Translations under genes and position numbers: made by a program | Shown here: positions 41,234 through 50,720 of the stretch, in pieces | How the letters are laid out: the number at the start of each line of letters is the position of its first letter | Position numbering within the stretch: the stretch's first letter is position 1 | The notes under the pieces: model-generated | What the model was told of the DNA's origin: nothing | Seen by the model: only the letters and a program-made list of their open reading frames with translations | The model's database searches: none | NCBI GenBank assembly: GCA_902512485.1 | Contig: CABXJL010000001.1 | Span: 5,703-69,702 of the forward strand | Direction: 5' to 3' | From: an uncultured Gammaproteobacteria bacterium | Lineage (GTDB): Bacteria; Pseudomonadota; Gammaproteobacteria; PS1; Pseudothioglobaceae | DNA: 64,000 bases

Positions 41234-42787
41234 ATGTCACAACCCAATATCCCTTTGTTGAAGCTTCAGACTATTTCTAAACAGTTTTTTGGTTCCGCTG
41301 TTCTTGAAAATATAAATTTTGACCTCTATCCTGGAGAAGTTCATGCGATCTTTGGACAAAATGGTGCTGGCAAATCTACCTTAATTCAAATTGTTACTGG
41401 AGACATTCAACCATCAAGTGGCAAAATAATTCTTAATAATGAGGAATTGAAGATTCATTCTGTACATAAAGCCAGAGAGTTAGGCATTAGTGCGGTCTTT
41501 CAAGAATTTTCGTTAGTTCCACAACTCACAGTTGAAGAAAATTTATTCCTGGGATCAAACACCTCAAAAGGTTTTTTTCTTGACAAAAAAAAGTTGCACA
41601 AAATAGCATGCCAAACCTTGGAACAACTTGAATTTTCTATCAAAGCTGAAGAGAAGATAATCAATTTATCACATGCAGAAAAAAGAATGGTTGAGATTGC
41701 TAAAGCTTTTCATACTAAACCATCAATTATGTTACTAGACGAACCAACAGCTTCATTGGCTGAAAATGAAACAAATCAGCTTTTTTCAATGATAGAAATT
41801 CTAAAAAAAGAAGGTATTGGGATTATCTATATTACACATCGAATGAATGAGATTTATAAAATTGCTGATCGTATTACAATTCTTCAAGATGGTCATGTTG
41901 TTAATACAGATCTGGTAACTAATATTAACGAACAAAAATTAGTAGAATTAGCAACCGGTCGAAATATTACCAGTTTTTTTCCAGAAATAAAAAAACAACC
42001 TGGCAAAAAACTACTTGACATAAAAAACTTGAATATAAGCAATAGTTTTATTCAAGATGTTTCAATGAATGTAAAGTCAGGAGAAGTTGTTGGCCTTGCA
42101 GGACTTGCTGGTTCAGGTAAGTCTGCAATTGGACGTGCTTGCTTTGGTATAAATAAAATTACAGCTGGCACAATTAGCTACTTGGATGATGTTATATATG
42201 ATAGTTCAAAACAAATTAATGATCTTACTCCACGATCAATGATTGATAGAGGAATGCTATATTTACCCTCTGATAGGAGGGCAGAAGGTCTTGTCATGGA
42301 ACAAAATATTAGAGAAAACATTTCTTTGCCTTCACTAGGTCTACCTAAATTTTCTAGTGGCTTTATTGTAAATAGAAAAATTGAAAAGGATATTGTAGAA
42401 AAAATCGGAGAACGCCTTAACTTTAACGCTCAAGGCATTGAAAACAAAATGGAACAACTCTCTGGCGGAACTCAGCAAAAGGTAATGCTTGCGAAAAGTT
42501 TTGCTCGTGATGTCCAACTTTTTATTCTGGATGAACCAACTGTCGGTGTTGATATTGGAACTCGTGTCGCAATTTACGAAATAATAAAAGAATTTTGTGA
42601 GTCTGGAGGAGCCGTAATGCTGATCTCTTCAGACCTCTCAGAATTAGTAAATTTATCACATAGAATTTACATTATTAGTGAAAAAAATGAGTGTGTTGAA
42701 TTCAATGCTGAAGATTGTAATGAACATCTCATACAATATTACTTTCATAACTCTAGAGTTGAAACAGCTCAAGCCTCCTTAGCTTGA
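41234..42787 (+). CDS. Sugar-type (CUT2) ABC ATPase with two NBDs
   Basis: GQNGAGKST, LDEPT, YITHR; second NBD LSGGTQQKV, LDEPTVGVD, ISSDL. Confidence 0.92.
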   Translation: MSQPNIPLLKLQTISKQFFGSAVLENINFDLYPGEVHAIFGQNGAGKSTLIQIVTGDIQPSSGKIILNNEELKIHSVHKARELGISAVFQEFSLVPQLTVEENLFLGSNTSKGFFLDKKKLHKIACQTLEQLEFSIKAEEKIINLSHAEKRMVEIAKAFHTKPSIMLLDEPTASLAENETNQLFSMIEILKKEGIGIIYITHRMNEIYKIADRITILQDGHVVNTDLVTNINEQKLVELATGRNITSFFPEIKKQPGKKLLDIKNLNISNSFIQDVSMNVKSGEVVGLAGLAGSGKSAIGRACFGINKITAGTISYLDDVIYDSSKQINDLTPRSMIDRGMLYLPSDRRAEGLVMEQNIRENISLPSLGLPKFSSGFIVNRKIEKDIVEKIGERLNFNAQGIENKMEQLSGGTQQKVMLAKSFARDVQLFILDEPTVGVDIGTRVAIYEIIKEFCESGGAVMLISSDLSELVNLSHRIYIISEKNECVEFNAEDCNEHLIQYYFHNSRVETAQASLA

Positions 42788-44838
42788 ATTAAGTGCGAAA
42801 GCATAGCTCGAAACTTTGCCGGCTGAATTGGTTTTAGTAACACCGGAAAACCCTGATCAATAATACTTTGTACGTGATTTCGTTCTACATCACCTGTCAT
42901 AATGACACATGGAATTGAAGCCTGTAATTTTTCTTGAATTAAATAAGTAATATCAATACCAGAAGCATCACCAGGTAAACGATTATCTGCCAAAATAATA
43001 TCTGGATTATCGTATGGATTTTTTTTAATTAAATTCATAACTTCATCTTTATTCCTTGCAGTTTTGACCTTGCAGCCCCATGATTCTAAGAGCTGCTTAG
43101 TTGCCTTTAAAACATCGATATCATCTTCAACTAAAAGAATATTTATCCCTGATAAGTTCATAATATTCAGAAAAATTTCAGATTGATTTTTATCAGCTTT
43201 ATTTTCAGCAAGATCAACACTAACAGAGAAGCAAGAGCCATTTCCAAGACTTGATTTACTATCAATCGTATGTTCTAAACTATCAGCTAAACGTTTTGCG
43301 AGAGCGAGACCAAGGCCTAGACCTTTGCCTCTATCACGCTCCTTATTTTCAACTTGATAAAAGTCCTCATAAATCAGTGACATCTGATCATCAGAAATTC
43401 CACAACCAGTATCCCAAACCTCAATTGAAACCTTGTCGCCCCTCTTTCTGCAACCTATCAATACCGAACCTTTATTAGTATAGCGAATAGCGTTAGACAT
43501 AAAATTTCCCAATATACGTTCCAGCAAAGCTGGATCACTTCTAACATAAAGACTTGATGGAACAATTCTAAAATCTAATTCTTTGTCTTTGGCAAGAGGC
43601 AGGAATGACTGAAAGATACTAATCAAAATGTTATTCACTGAAAAAATTTCATGTCTTGGTTTTATTGCACCTACCTCTAATTCCGACACATCAAGAAGAG
43701 CATTTAACAACCTTGCTGTTGAGATTGAGACAGAGTTTATATCTTCAATAATGCGAAGTATTTCCTTATCCTTAACTTTCGATTGCAATGCAGCAATATA
43801 CATTTGCATCGCATTTAAAGGTTGACGCAAGTCATGGCTCGCTGAAGCTAAGAAAACTGACTTGGCTTTGTTTGCTCTTTCGGCGTCAAATTTAGCTTTC
43901 TGTAGACCCTCTCCTTGCTCCCACAAATCTTTTTTGAGTCTATTAAAGCTGCGCCCCATCCTGCCTAGTTCGTCCTCTCTTAATAGGATGTTTTGTTCAT
44001 CTTCAATTTCCTCTACCTTATGCAAAGGGGTATATCTATTGATTGAGTCTGTTAGTAATTGCAGGGGTTTTGAAATATTCATTCTAACAATGACTAACAC
44101 CATCGTGACAACAAATAGCAAAGCTATAAGGGAGGTTATAACGATATAACTAAGAGCAATACGCTCTACATAGGTTATTTTTGATTTGGAAGCAAAAATT
44201 ATTTCTTCTAATTCAGTATTTACTTTGCTAGCTTGCAATAGTAGAAGATCTTCAGTAGAGGAGATCTCCTTAAGATCGCTCATATCAATGGTGAGAATTC
44301 TAATATTTTTTTCTGCAAATAAATTATTAACTACCAACCGATAATATATTTGGTTTATCTTTCTTAGTTCATAAAGCTCAGAAAGTAATTTTTCCTGATG
44401 CGATGAAATTATATCTATATCAGCTTTTGCTTCAGAATTTACTATCTTTATAAAAGACTCTGTATCAGCTATAGATTTCTTCAGTTTTTGATTAGCTATT
44501 AAAAATTCTGTTCGAATAGTATCGTTTGATAATAATTGATTGTATTTATCATAAAAACTCGTTTTTTCAGAGTCTTGGTTTACTATTTGACTAACAGTAA
44601 TAAATAGTTCTTTTACGCTTATACTTTGCTTATAAACATTTTCATCGATTGAGTTGACTGATTCAATTAAAGGGATAGTAATTGATGACATTTGTTTCGT
44701 CTCATCACCTACCGTATATACTTGAGTAAAGGCAACAAGCGCAACTGCAATAAAACCAAAAACCTCAATGACCAATAGAGCTAATATTTTCTGATTAAGG
44801 GATAGTTTATTAAAAAAATTTTGATTGGCTGTTTCCAT
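42769..44838 (-). CDS. Hybrid sensor histidine kinase (2 TM, periplasmic helical domain, HAMP, HisKA, HATPase, REC)
   Basis: SHDLRQPL, NFMSNAIRYT, DTGCGI, GLGLGL; receiver VEDD...ADNRL...KP; HAMP DELGRMGRSFN. Confidence 0.93.
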   Translation of the reverse strand: METANQNFFNKLSLNQKILALLVIEVFGFIAVALVAFTQVYTVGDETKQMSSITIPLIESVNSIDENVYKQSISVKELFITVSQIVNQDSEKTSFYDKYNQLLSNDTIRTEFLIANQKLKKSIADTESFIKIVNSEAKADIDIISSHQEKLLSELYELRKINQIYYRLVVNNLFAEKNIRILTIDMSDLKEISSTEDLLLLQASKVNTELEEIIFASKSKITYVERIALSYIVITSLIALLFVVTMVLVIVRMNISKPLQLLTDSINRYTPLHKVEEIEDEQNILLREDELGRMGRSFNRLKKDLWEQGEGLQKAKFDAERANKAKSVFLASASHDLRQPLNAMQMYIAALQSKVKDKEILRIIEDINSVSISTARLLNALLDVSELEVGAIKPRHEIFSVNNILISIFQSFLPLAKDKELDFRIVPSSLYVRSDPALLERILGNFMSNAIRYTNKGSVLIGCRKRGDKVSIEVWDTGCGISDDQMSLIYEDFYQVENKERDRGKGLGLGLALAKRLADSLEHTIDSKSSLGNGSCFSVSVDLAENKADKNQSEIFLNIMNLSGINILLVEDDIDVLKATKQLLESWGCKVKTARNKDEVMNLIKKNPYDNPDIILADNRLPGDASGIDITYLIQEKLQASIPCVIMTGDVERNHVQSIIDQGFPVLLKPIQPAKFRAMLSHLIQAKEA

Positions 44839-44939
44839 CTTTTTATAGTACTTCCTTAATGTTTTAGCTTGCTATTAACGGGCAATGTCAAATAATTAAC
44901 AAAGATTTGTTGTATAGCGCTCTTGAAGATATGCAGACA

Positions 44940-45956
44940 TTAATTTTTTGCCTGTGAAAGCATCTGTTGACGGAAATATTCAGCGCCAATAGCGACAATT
45001 AACAATACTCCGATGACAACCATTTGTAGATATGAGCCGACCCTCATAAGATTCATGCCGTTTTGTATTAATATAATAAAAAAGGCACCCAATACAACAT
45101 TCTGTACACGCCCAACACCGCCAAGTAAACTAACTCCTCCGATTGCACAAGCCGCTATTGATAGTAAAGGATAATTAGCACCAATATTTGGCTCACCAGT
45201 TTCAAGTCGGGCTGTAATGAGTAATGCCGCAATACTTGTAACTAGTGCAGACAAAACATAAGCACTGACAATATAGACCCTTGTGTTTATACCTGAAAGC
45301 TCAGCCGCTCTTAAATTACCACCTATGGCATAAAAATACCTACCCATCTTGGTCAGGTTGATAAAAATATAAATCAAAAAAATAAAAAATAGAGTTACCC
45401 AAATAGTTATTGATAAACCAAATAATGTTCCATATCCAAAAATATTAGTAAAAGATTCAGGCGCGCCATAAACTGGTATTCCACCAGTAATAGTCAGCGC
45501 TAAACCAAAAATAATTGAAGACATTCCCAGTGTCATTATGAATGGAGGTACACGGAAAAAAGCTACACCTATACCATTCACGAAACCAATAGAAGCACCA
45601 ACAAAAAGACCTGCTAAACACCCTATAGTAATCGCCTCCCAACCAGAGCCATAACCTGACCACAAGGCAACCATTGTCATTGAAGCGACAACAGAAGTCA
45701 TTGCAAGGATCACACCAACAGAAAAGTCCAAGCCAGCGGTTAACATCACAATCATTTGAGCCATAGCAACCAAAATAAGATCAGTTGAATGCCTTGCAAC
45801 ACCCAAAATATTGTTTGGTGTCAAAAAATTATCACTCGCAAATGAGAAAGTTATTAAGGCTATTCCTAGAAACCAGGGAAGCACACCAGCTTTTACAAAT
45901 AAAGCAGAAATGTATTGCTTTAGATCTAAATTAATTCTATCTATTTGATTGTCCAC
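44940..45956 (-). CDS. CUT2 ABC permease (RbsC-like)
   Basis: GLDFSVG, VPPFIMTLG, GRYFYAIGGNLRAAELSGI, IGGVSLLGG. Confidence 0.92.
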   Translation of the reverse strand: MDNQIDRINLDLKQYISALFVKAGVLPWFLGIALITFSFASDNFLTPNNILGVARHSTDLILVAMAQMIVMLTAGLDFSVGVILAMTSVVASMTMVALWSGYGSGWEAITIGCLAGLFVGASIGFVNGIGVAFFRVPPFIMTLGMSSIIFGLALTITGGIPVYGAPESFTNIFGYGTLFGLSITIWVTLFFIFLIYIFINLTKMGRYFYAIGGNLRAAELSGINTRVYIVSAYVLSALVTSIAALLITARLETGEPNIGANYPLLSIAACAIGGVSLLGGVGRVQNVVLGAFFIILIQNGMNLMRVGSYLQMVVIGVLLIVAIGAEYFRQQMLSQAKN

Positions 45957-46094
45957 CTAAAATTGCTCCAATTACAAAATCCAGATAAGACTATTTTTTT
46001 AGAAAAGTAGCTTATTAGATCAAGCTATAGCCTTATTTCTTCAACACATTGTACCTCAAGAAAGTTTGTTTTTAAATGCAATTATGGATATTAA

Positions 46095-46119
46095 TACATA
46101 CTATTGACTATAGTATGTA
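46095..46119. promoter_or_regulatory. Palindrome in the second divergent promoter sharing the AGTATG core
   Basis: TACATACTAT-tgact-ATAGTATGTA (perfect 10-bp arms). Confidence 0.6.
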
Positions 46120-46242
46120 ATAGTAGTAAACTGTACCTATACTTTTGGATGTTTTTTGCAGAGGATTAATTTATATCGATTACAATCAAAAAAAATTGTA
46201 AATATTATTTATGTTTTTGTACAAACTCAAGGATTTGTTTAG

Positions 46243-48444
46243 GTGGAAATTATAGAACAAGACTTATCAAATGAAAATGTTTCAAATAATTCAGAAGCAT
46301 CAAAGGCATTCCCTGGTGAACTTTATGTCAAGAATGTTCATAAATCATTTGGAGTTACTAAAGCTTTAGCTGATGTCAGCTTTACCGGCTATTTTGGTGA
46401 AATACATGCAATTATTGGAGGAAATGGTTGCGGAAAAAGTACCCTTGCCAAAGTTTTAGCAGGTGTTTTACCAATTGATTCTGGAAAAGTATCCATTAAT
46501 GGTGCCCACCCTTCTACTCCTAGAGAATCACATGATCTTGGTGTTGCCATGGTATTTCAAGAAGTCCTTGTATCTGATGAAGCATCTATAGTTGATAATT
46601 TATTTATCGGAGTTGACGGTTTCTTTTCTAAAAACTTGTCTGAAAAAGAAAAACAAAATAAAACCAGAGAATTGATGAGTGAGCTTGCTGATGAAGATAT
46701 TGATCCATTAATGCCGGCTGGAAATTTACCCCTTAGTACCAAAGCATGGATAACAATTGCTAGAAGTTTGTTAAGAGATCCCGATGTTTTAATTCTTGAC
46801 GAATCAACTGCTGCTTTGGATTTTGATTCAACTGAAAGACTTTTTGAAAAAATGCGAGAATTACGTGATAAGGGCGCAGCAGTGATCATTGTATCTCACC
46901 GTATAGCTGAACTAGTCAGAATAAGCGATCGCTGCACTGTTATGCGTGACGGTATTGATGTTGGAGTGCTAGAAAAAGAGGAGGTAACGGAAAAGAACCT
47001 ATTACGTTTAATGACTGGAAAAGAGCAAAAGACTGACAAAACTAAAGAGGAAGCACATCAAACAAAATATTCACAGGTTTCTCTTAAAGCAATGAATATG
47101 CAAGTTTGGCCTGACAGTGAAAGATCGGATTTTGAATTACGTAAAGGGGAAATCGTAGGAATCACCGGATTAGATGGCCATGGGCAAGATGATTTTGTTC
47201 GAATACTGGCTGGTGTCGCTAATGCTCACGATGGTTTCACTGAAGTGGACATTGATCATGGTCATAAGTACTACACAATCAAGAATCTTGAAGACGCAAT
47301 CAAACATGATATTGAATTTGTTTCAGGTGACCGCAAACGAGAAGGAATTCTTCCAAACTTAAGTATTGTTGAAAATTTAGGTATTTCCATGTACCACAAA
47401 TTCAGCAAAATCCCTGGTGTACGTTTCTTAGACTGGGGAGCTATAAATGATGTTGTTGATTGGGAGGTTGAACGACTGGCAATCAAAACTGGCCCCAAGG
47501 AGAACTTAATCACTTCCTTAAGTGGAGGTAACCAACAAAAAGTTATGTTGGGAAGAGCTTTTGCAACGCAACCCAAGACATTAGTCTTACTTGATCCTGC
47601 AAGAGGAATTGACCTACAAACTAAGTTGGACCTTTACAAGCAATTAAGAGAATTTGCTGATGATGGTAATTCAGTAATCTATATGTCAAGTGAGCTTGAA
47701 GAGTTTATTGGCTTCTGTTCTCGGGTAGTTGTTTTTCGTAATGGAAGCATTTTTGAAACGTTTACAGATACGCAAATTAATGCCGATGGAATCCTTGAGT
47801 CTATGTTTGGTCATCGTCAAAACGCCAGTCCCGAAAAAAAATCAAATAATCAATATAGTGATAAAAAGCAAGATACAACTAAGTTAAATAATGAAGCTAA
47901 AAAGAACCAGCCTGACAATAAATTGGAGCATGAAGTGAAAAAACATAACGTAAGTAAATACTTTGAAAAAAAGACAGAAAAGATAAATCCAGCAAGCGTA
48001 ACTAAAAAAGATTTCTCTGCTAAAGACGAAGAGCAATTTAATAATATTTTGAGTTCAACCGAGAAAAACAACAAGAGAAAAAATTATGAGGAAAAGGAAC
48101 AAATTGATCCAACTCCAGAACTTAACGAGTATTCAGAAAATGATTCAAAAAAGTTTGCAGATCTCATAGCATCAGGTGAACAGTTAATAAAAAACAAGGG
48201 AAACAGGAGTTATCGAAATAAGAATAATAACGAAGGCTATTCAGATACTGATGAAAAATTATTCAATAAATACATATCCCTATCTCAGGATAAAAAAAAT
48301 GATCGGAACCCCGATGAAATTAATACCAATAAGAAGGAAGAAAAACATTCACTAAATCAAGAAAATAACACATCTGGCTCAAAAACTTTTGAATATAACG
48401 AAAAAGATGTTGCGCAATTCGAAAAACTCATGTCAAAAAAATGA
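46243..48444 (+). CDS. CUT2 ABC ATPase with a ~200-aa charged low-complexity C-terminal tail
   Basis: GGNGCGKST, LILDEST, VSHR; second NBD LSGGNQQKV with degenerate Walker motifs (GLDGHGQ, LLDPARG); K/N/E-rich tail after about residue 525. Confidence 0.9.
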   Translation: MEIIEQDLSNENVSNNSEASKAFPGELYVKNVHKSFGVTKALADVSFTGYFGEIHAIIGGNGCGKSTLAKVLAGVLPIDSGKVSINGAHPSTPRESHDLGVAMVFQEVLVSDEASIVDNLFIGVDGFFSKNLSEKEKQNKTRELMSELADEDIDPLMPAGNLPLSTKAWITIARSLLRDPDVLILDESTAALDFDSTERLFEKMRELRDKGAAVIIVSHRIAELVRISDRCTVMRDGIDVGVLEKEEVTEKNLLRLMTGKEQKTDKTKEEAHQTKYSQVSLKAMNMQVWPDSERSDFELRKGEIVGITGLDGHGQDDFVRILAGVANAHDGFTEVDIDHGHKYYTIKNLEDAIKHDIEFVSGDRKREGILPNLSIVENLGISMYHKFSKIPGVRFLDWGAINDVVDWEVERLAIKTGPKENLITSLSGGNQQKVMLGRAFATQPKTLVLLDPARGIDLQTKLDLYKQLREFADDGNSVIYMSSELEEFIGFCSRVVVFRNGSIFETFTDTQINADGILESMFGHRQNASPEKKSNNQYSDKKQDTTKLNNEAKKNQPDNKLEHEVKKHNVSKYFEKKTEKINPASVTKKDFSAKDEEQFNNILSSTEKNNKRKNYEEKEQIDPTPELNEYSENDSKKFADLIASGEQLIKNKGNRSYRNKNNNEGYSDTDEKLFNKYISLSQDKKNDRNPDEINTNKKEEKHSLNQENNTSGSKTFEYNEKDVAQFEKLMSKK

Positions 48445-48491
48445 ATCATAAGTATATAGGGAAAATTTAACTAACAGTTCTACTAAAGACA

Positions 48492-50687
48492 ATGGAATTA
48501 ATTGAAACACAAAAACCAAAATCAAGTCCAAGTACCTATCTTATAGTTCCGATAGTTATTTTCTTTTTGCTGTTTATATTTGCTACTCTTAGAGGACCTT
48601 ACTTAATCTCCAGTACTGGCTTTGGAGCATTAATAATTGTTGTAGCTCCTCTAATTTTGGCTACCTATGCATTAACTATAATTGTAATGGCTGGACGTGC
48701 AAGTGTTGATTTATCAATTGGCCCACTAATTAGTTTTGTTAATGTAGGAATGATTCAATTAATTGGGTTGGGCTTTATGGAATCACCAATTGCTCTTTTC
48801 GCATATGCGATAGGTGTTGGTGTCGCATATCAAGTATTTATGGCTCTAATTATTGTTTTTGTTAGAGTGCAACCCATTATTGTTTCATTAAGTGGATATC
48901 TTTCATTGGTCGGCTTAAATCTTATAATAATGCCGCGTGCTGGTGGTTTGGCCCCTGACTGGATGTATGATTGGGGCGCAGGAATTAATATTGTTTCACC
49001 CGTTCTAATTATATTAATAGTCGCAACAGCAGCATGGTATTTACTTGCCCAAACAGCTTTTTGGGGTAATCTAAAAATGATGGGATCTGATGAGCGAGCA
49101 ACATATACAAGCGGTGTAAATGTTAATTTAGTTCGTATTGGAGCACACGCAATTGGTGGTGTTTATGCCGGACTTGCTGCTATAACTTTCACTTCATTAA
49201 TTAGTTCTGGCGATCCCACTCAAGGAACAACCTACACTCTAATGGCTGTTACGGCTCTTGTACTAGGTGGAGCAAATTTAGCGGGAGGACGTGGAAGTGC
49301 CTTTGGAGCTTTACTTGGATCTCTGAATATATTTTTGATTACATATTCACTTTCAACATTTAACTTTGGCAAGATGCAAGCTTTTATAACCGATATGTCG
49401 TATGGCGTTATGTTGGTTGTATCGTTATTAATTAGTCTTGCGATACCATTTATGCAAAAACGTGCTCGAGGCCTATCACCAGGATTGGTTTTTTTAGTAC
49501 TTGGAATCATTACACTTGGGGTTGCAGTCCATGCTGCAATGGATCAATCAATGGGAATTAAAAGATTTGCAGCGTTTGTAGCTTCAACAGAAACTGAAGA
49601 TCCTTTATCAGCAGGAACAATTATATTGTTTGGAGTTGTTGGTATAGCTGTTCTCTCTTATATAATCAAGACACTATTCAAGCACATTAGTGCTTCAATG
49701 ATTGGTTTTATTATCGTATTAATCATAACTGCTTTCGGCTTAATATTTAACCCGGACACACCAACTGAATCCTTTATAGCCTCAACCAATCTAAAGACTA
49801 TTGGACTCGATTATTACTCGATGAGTGTTTTTGGATTAGAATCAATTTCACAGTCGTCATCAACGTACTTTTCATTTAATGCACTTGCAAACTCCACATA
49901 TACCTTAATTGGAATAATTGGTGTAGTTTTATTCACATCATTGATTATTCTTATTATGCTTCCTGAAACAAAGGTCCAGACTAAAAGAACTGCAACAATT
50001 TTATTTATTTGCACTATACCGATTATTGCTATAGGTGCATTATTCTTTGAAAATGCCAATCAAGGCTATTTAGCTAGCAATTTCTCTGGTGAAACTTACG
50101 CCATTCTTTTGGTTACCGCGCTATTATTTACTATTACTATTCCTTTGGTAAAGACAAAAATAAACAACGTCAACAACCTATTTATAGGTGCTATATCGAT
50201 ATTAGCTTTAATTGTTGTGTATTTCTTTGCAACCGATAGTACCCCTATCCATGAGGTTGCAAGCACTAGCATTGTAGTTGCAGGTCAGGTACTCGATTAT
50301 ACAGATCCTATTATCCAAACTGGAATAGAGCCTATAGCAACACAAATTATCGAATATGCTGGACCTATGAGAGTCAATACAAATGCTCAAAGTATGACTA
50401 TTGTTTCAGAGATTACATATTGTATTTTTATGGTTGTTTTACTGCACATATTTTTGCGACTTGCAATGGGAGAAACTAGCTTTAGAAGTTTTTGGAAATA
50501 TTGGCATATAGCTACCTTTGCTGTGATTGCTTGGAGTGGTTTGTTTTATGCAATAGGCGTTCCATTGTGGCAAATAATTGTGGTCATTGCAATTGCAATT
50601 ATTTCGGCACCGAATGTTATGCACATAATTAGTACCTACATAATAGGTGAACATAGAGATGATGCGATTAAAAAATGGGAAGGATAA
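48492..50687 (+). CDS. CUT2 ABC permease with ~400-aa extra C-terminal membrane region
   Basis: First ~320 aa are RbsC-like (VDLSIGP, VQPIIVSL, GSDERATYTSGV, LVLGGANLAGGRG), followed by many further hydrophobic helices. Confidence 0.82.
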   Translation: MELIETQKPKSSPSTYLIVPIVIFFLLFIFATLRGPYLISSTGFGALIIVVAPLILATYALTIIVMAGRASVDLSIGPLISFVNVGMIQLIGLGFMESPIALFAYAIGVGVAYQVFMALIIVFVRVQPIIVSLSGYLSLVGLNLIIMPRAGGLAPDWMYDWGAGINIVSPVLIILIVATAAWYLLAQTAFWGNLKMMGSDERATYTSGVNVNLVRIGAHAIGGVYAGLAAITFTSLISSGDPTQGTTYTLMAVTALVLGGANLAGGRGSAFGALLGSLNIFLITYSLSTFNFGKMQAFITDMSYGVMLVVSLLISLAIPFMQKRARGLSPGLVFLVLGIITLGVAVHAAMDQSMGIKRFAAFVASTETEDPLSAGTIILFGVVGIAVLSYIIKTLFKHISASMIGFIIVLIITAFGLIFNPDTPTESFIASTNLKTIGLDYYSMSVFGLESISQSSSTYFSFNALANSTYTLIGIIGVVLFTSLIILIMLPETKVQTKRTATILFICTIPIIAIGALFFENANQGYLASNFSGETYAILLVTALLFTITIPLVKTKINNVNNLFIGAISILALIVVYFFATDSTPIHEVASTSIVVAGQVLDYTDPIIQTGIEPIATQIIEYAGPMRVNTNAQSMTIVSEITYCIFMVVLLHIFLRLAMGETSFRSFWKYWHIATFAVIAWSGLFYAIGVPLWQIIVVIAIAIISAPNVMHIISTYIIGEHRDDAIKKWEG

Positions 50688-50720
50688 AAGTGGATATTCT
50701 AACTACCAAGTGGAGTCAAA

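Noticed and set aside
47150-47620. Degenerate Walker A/B in the second NBD as evidence of a dead ATPase
   Set aside because: One degenerate site is normal for two-domain CUT2 ATPases. The first Walker A/B and the second LSGGNQ signature form an intact composite site.
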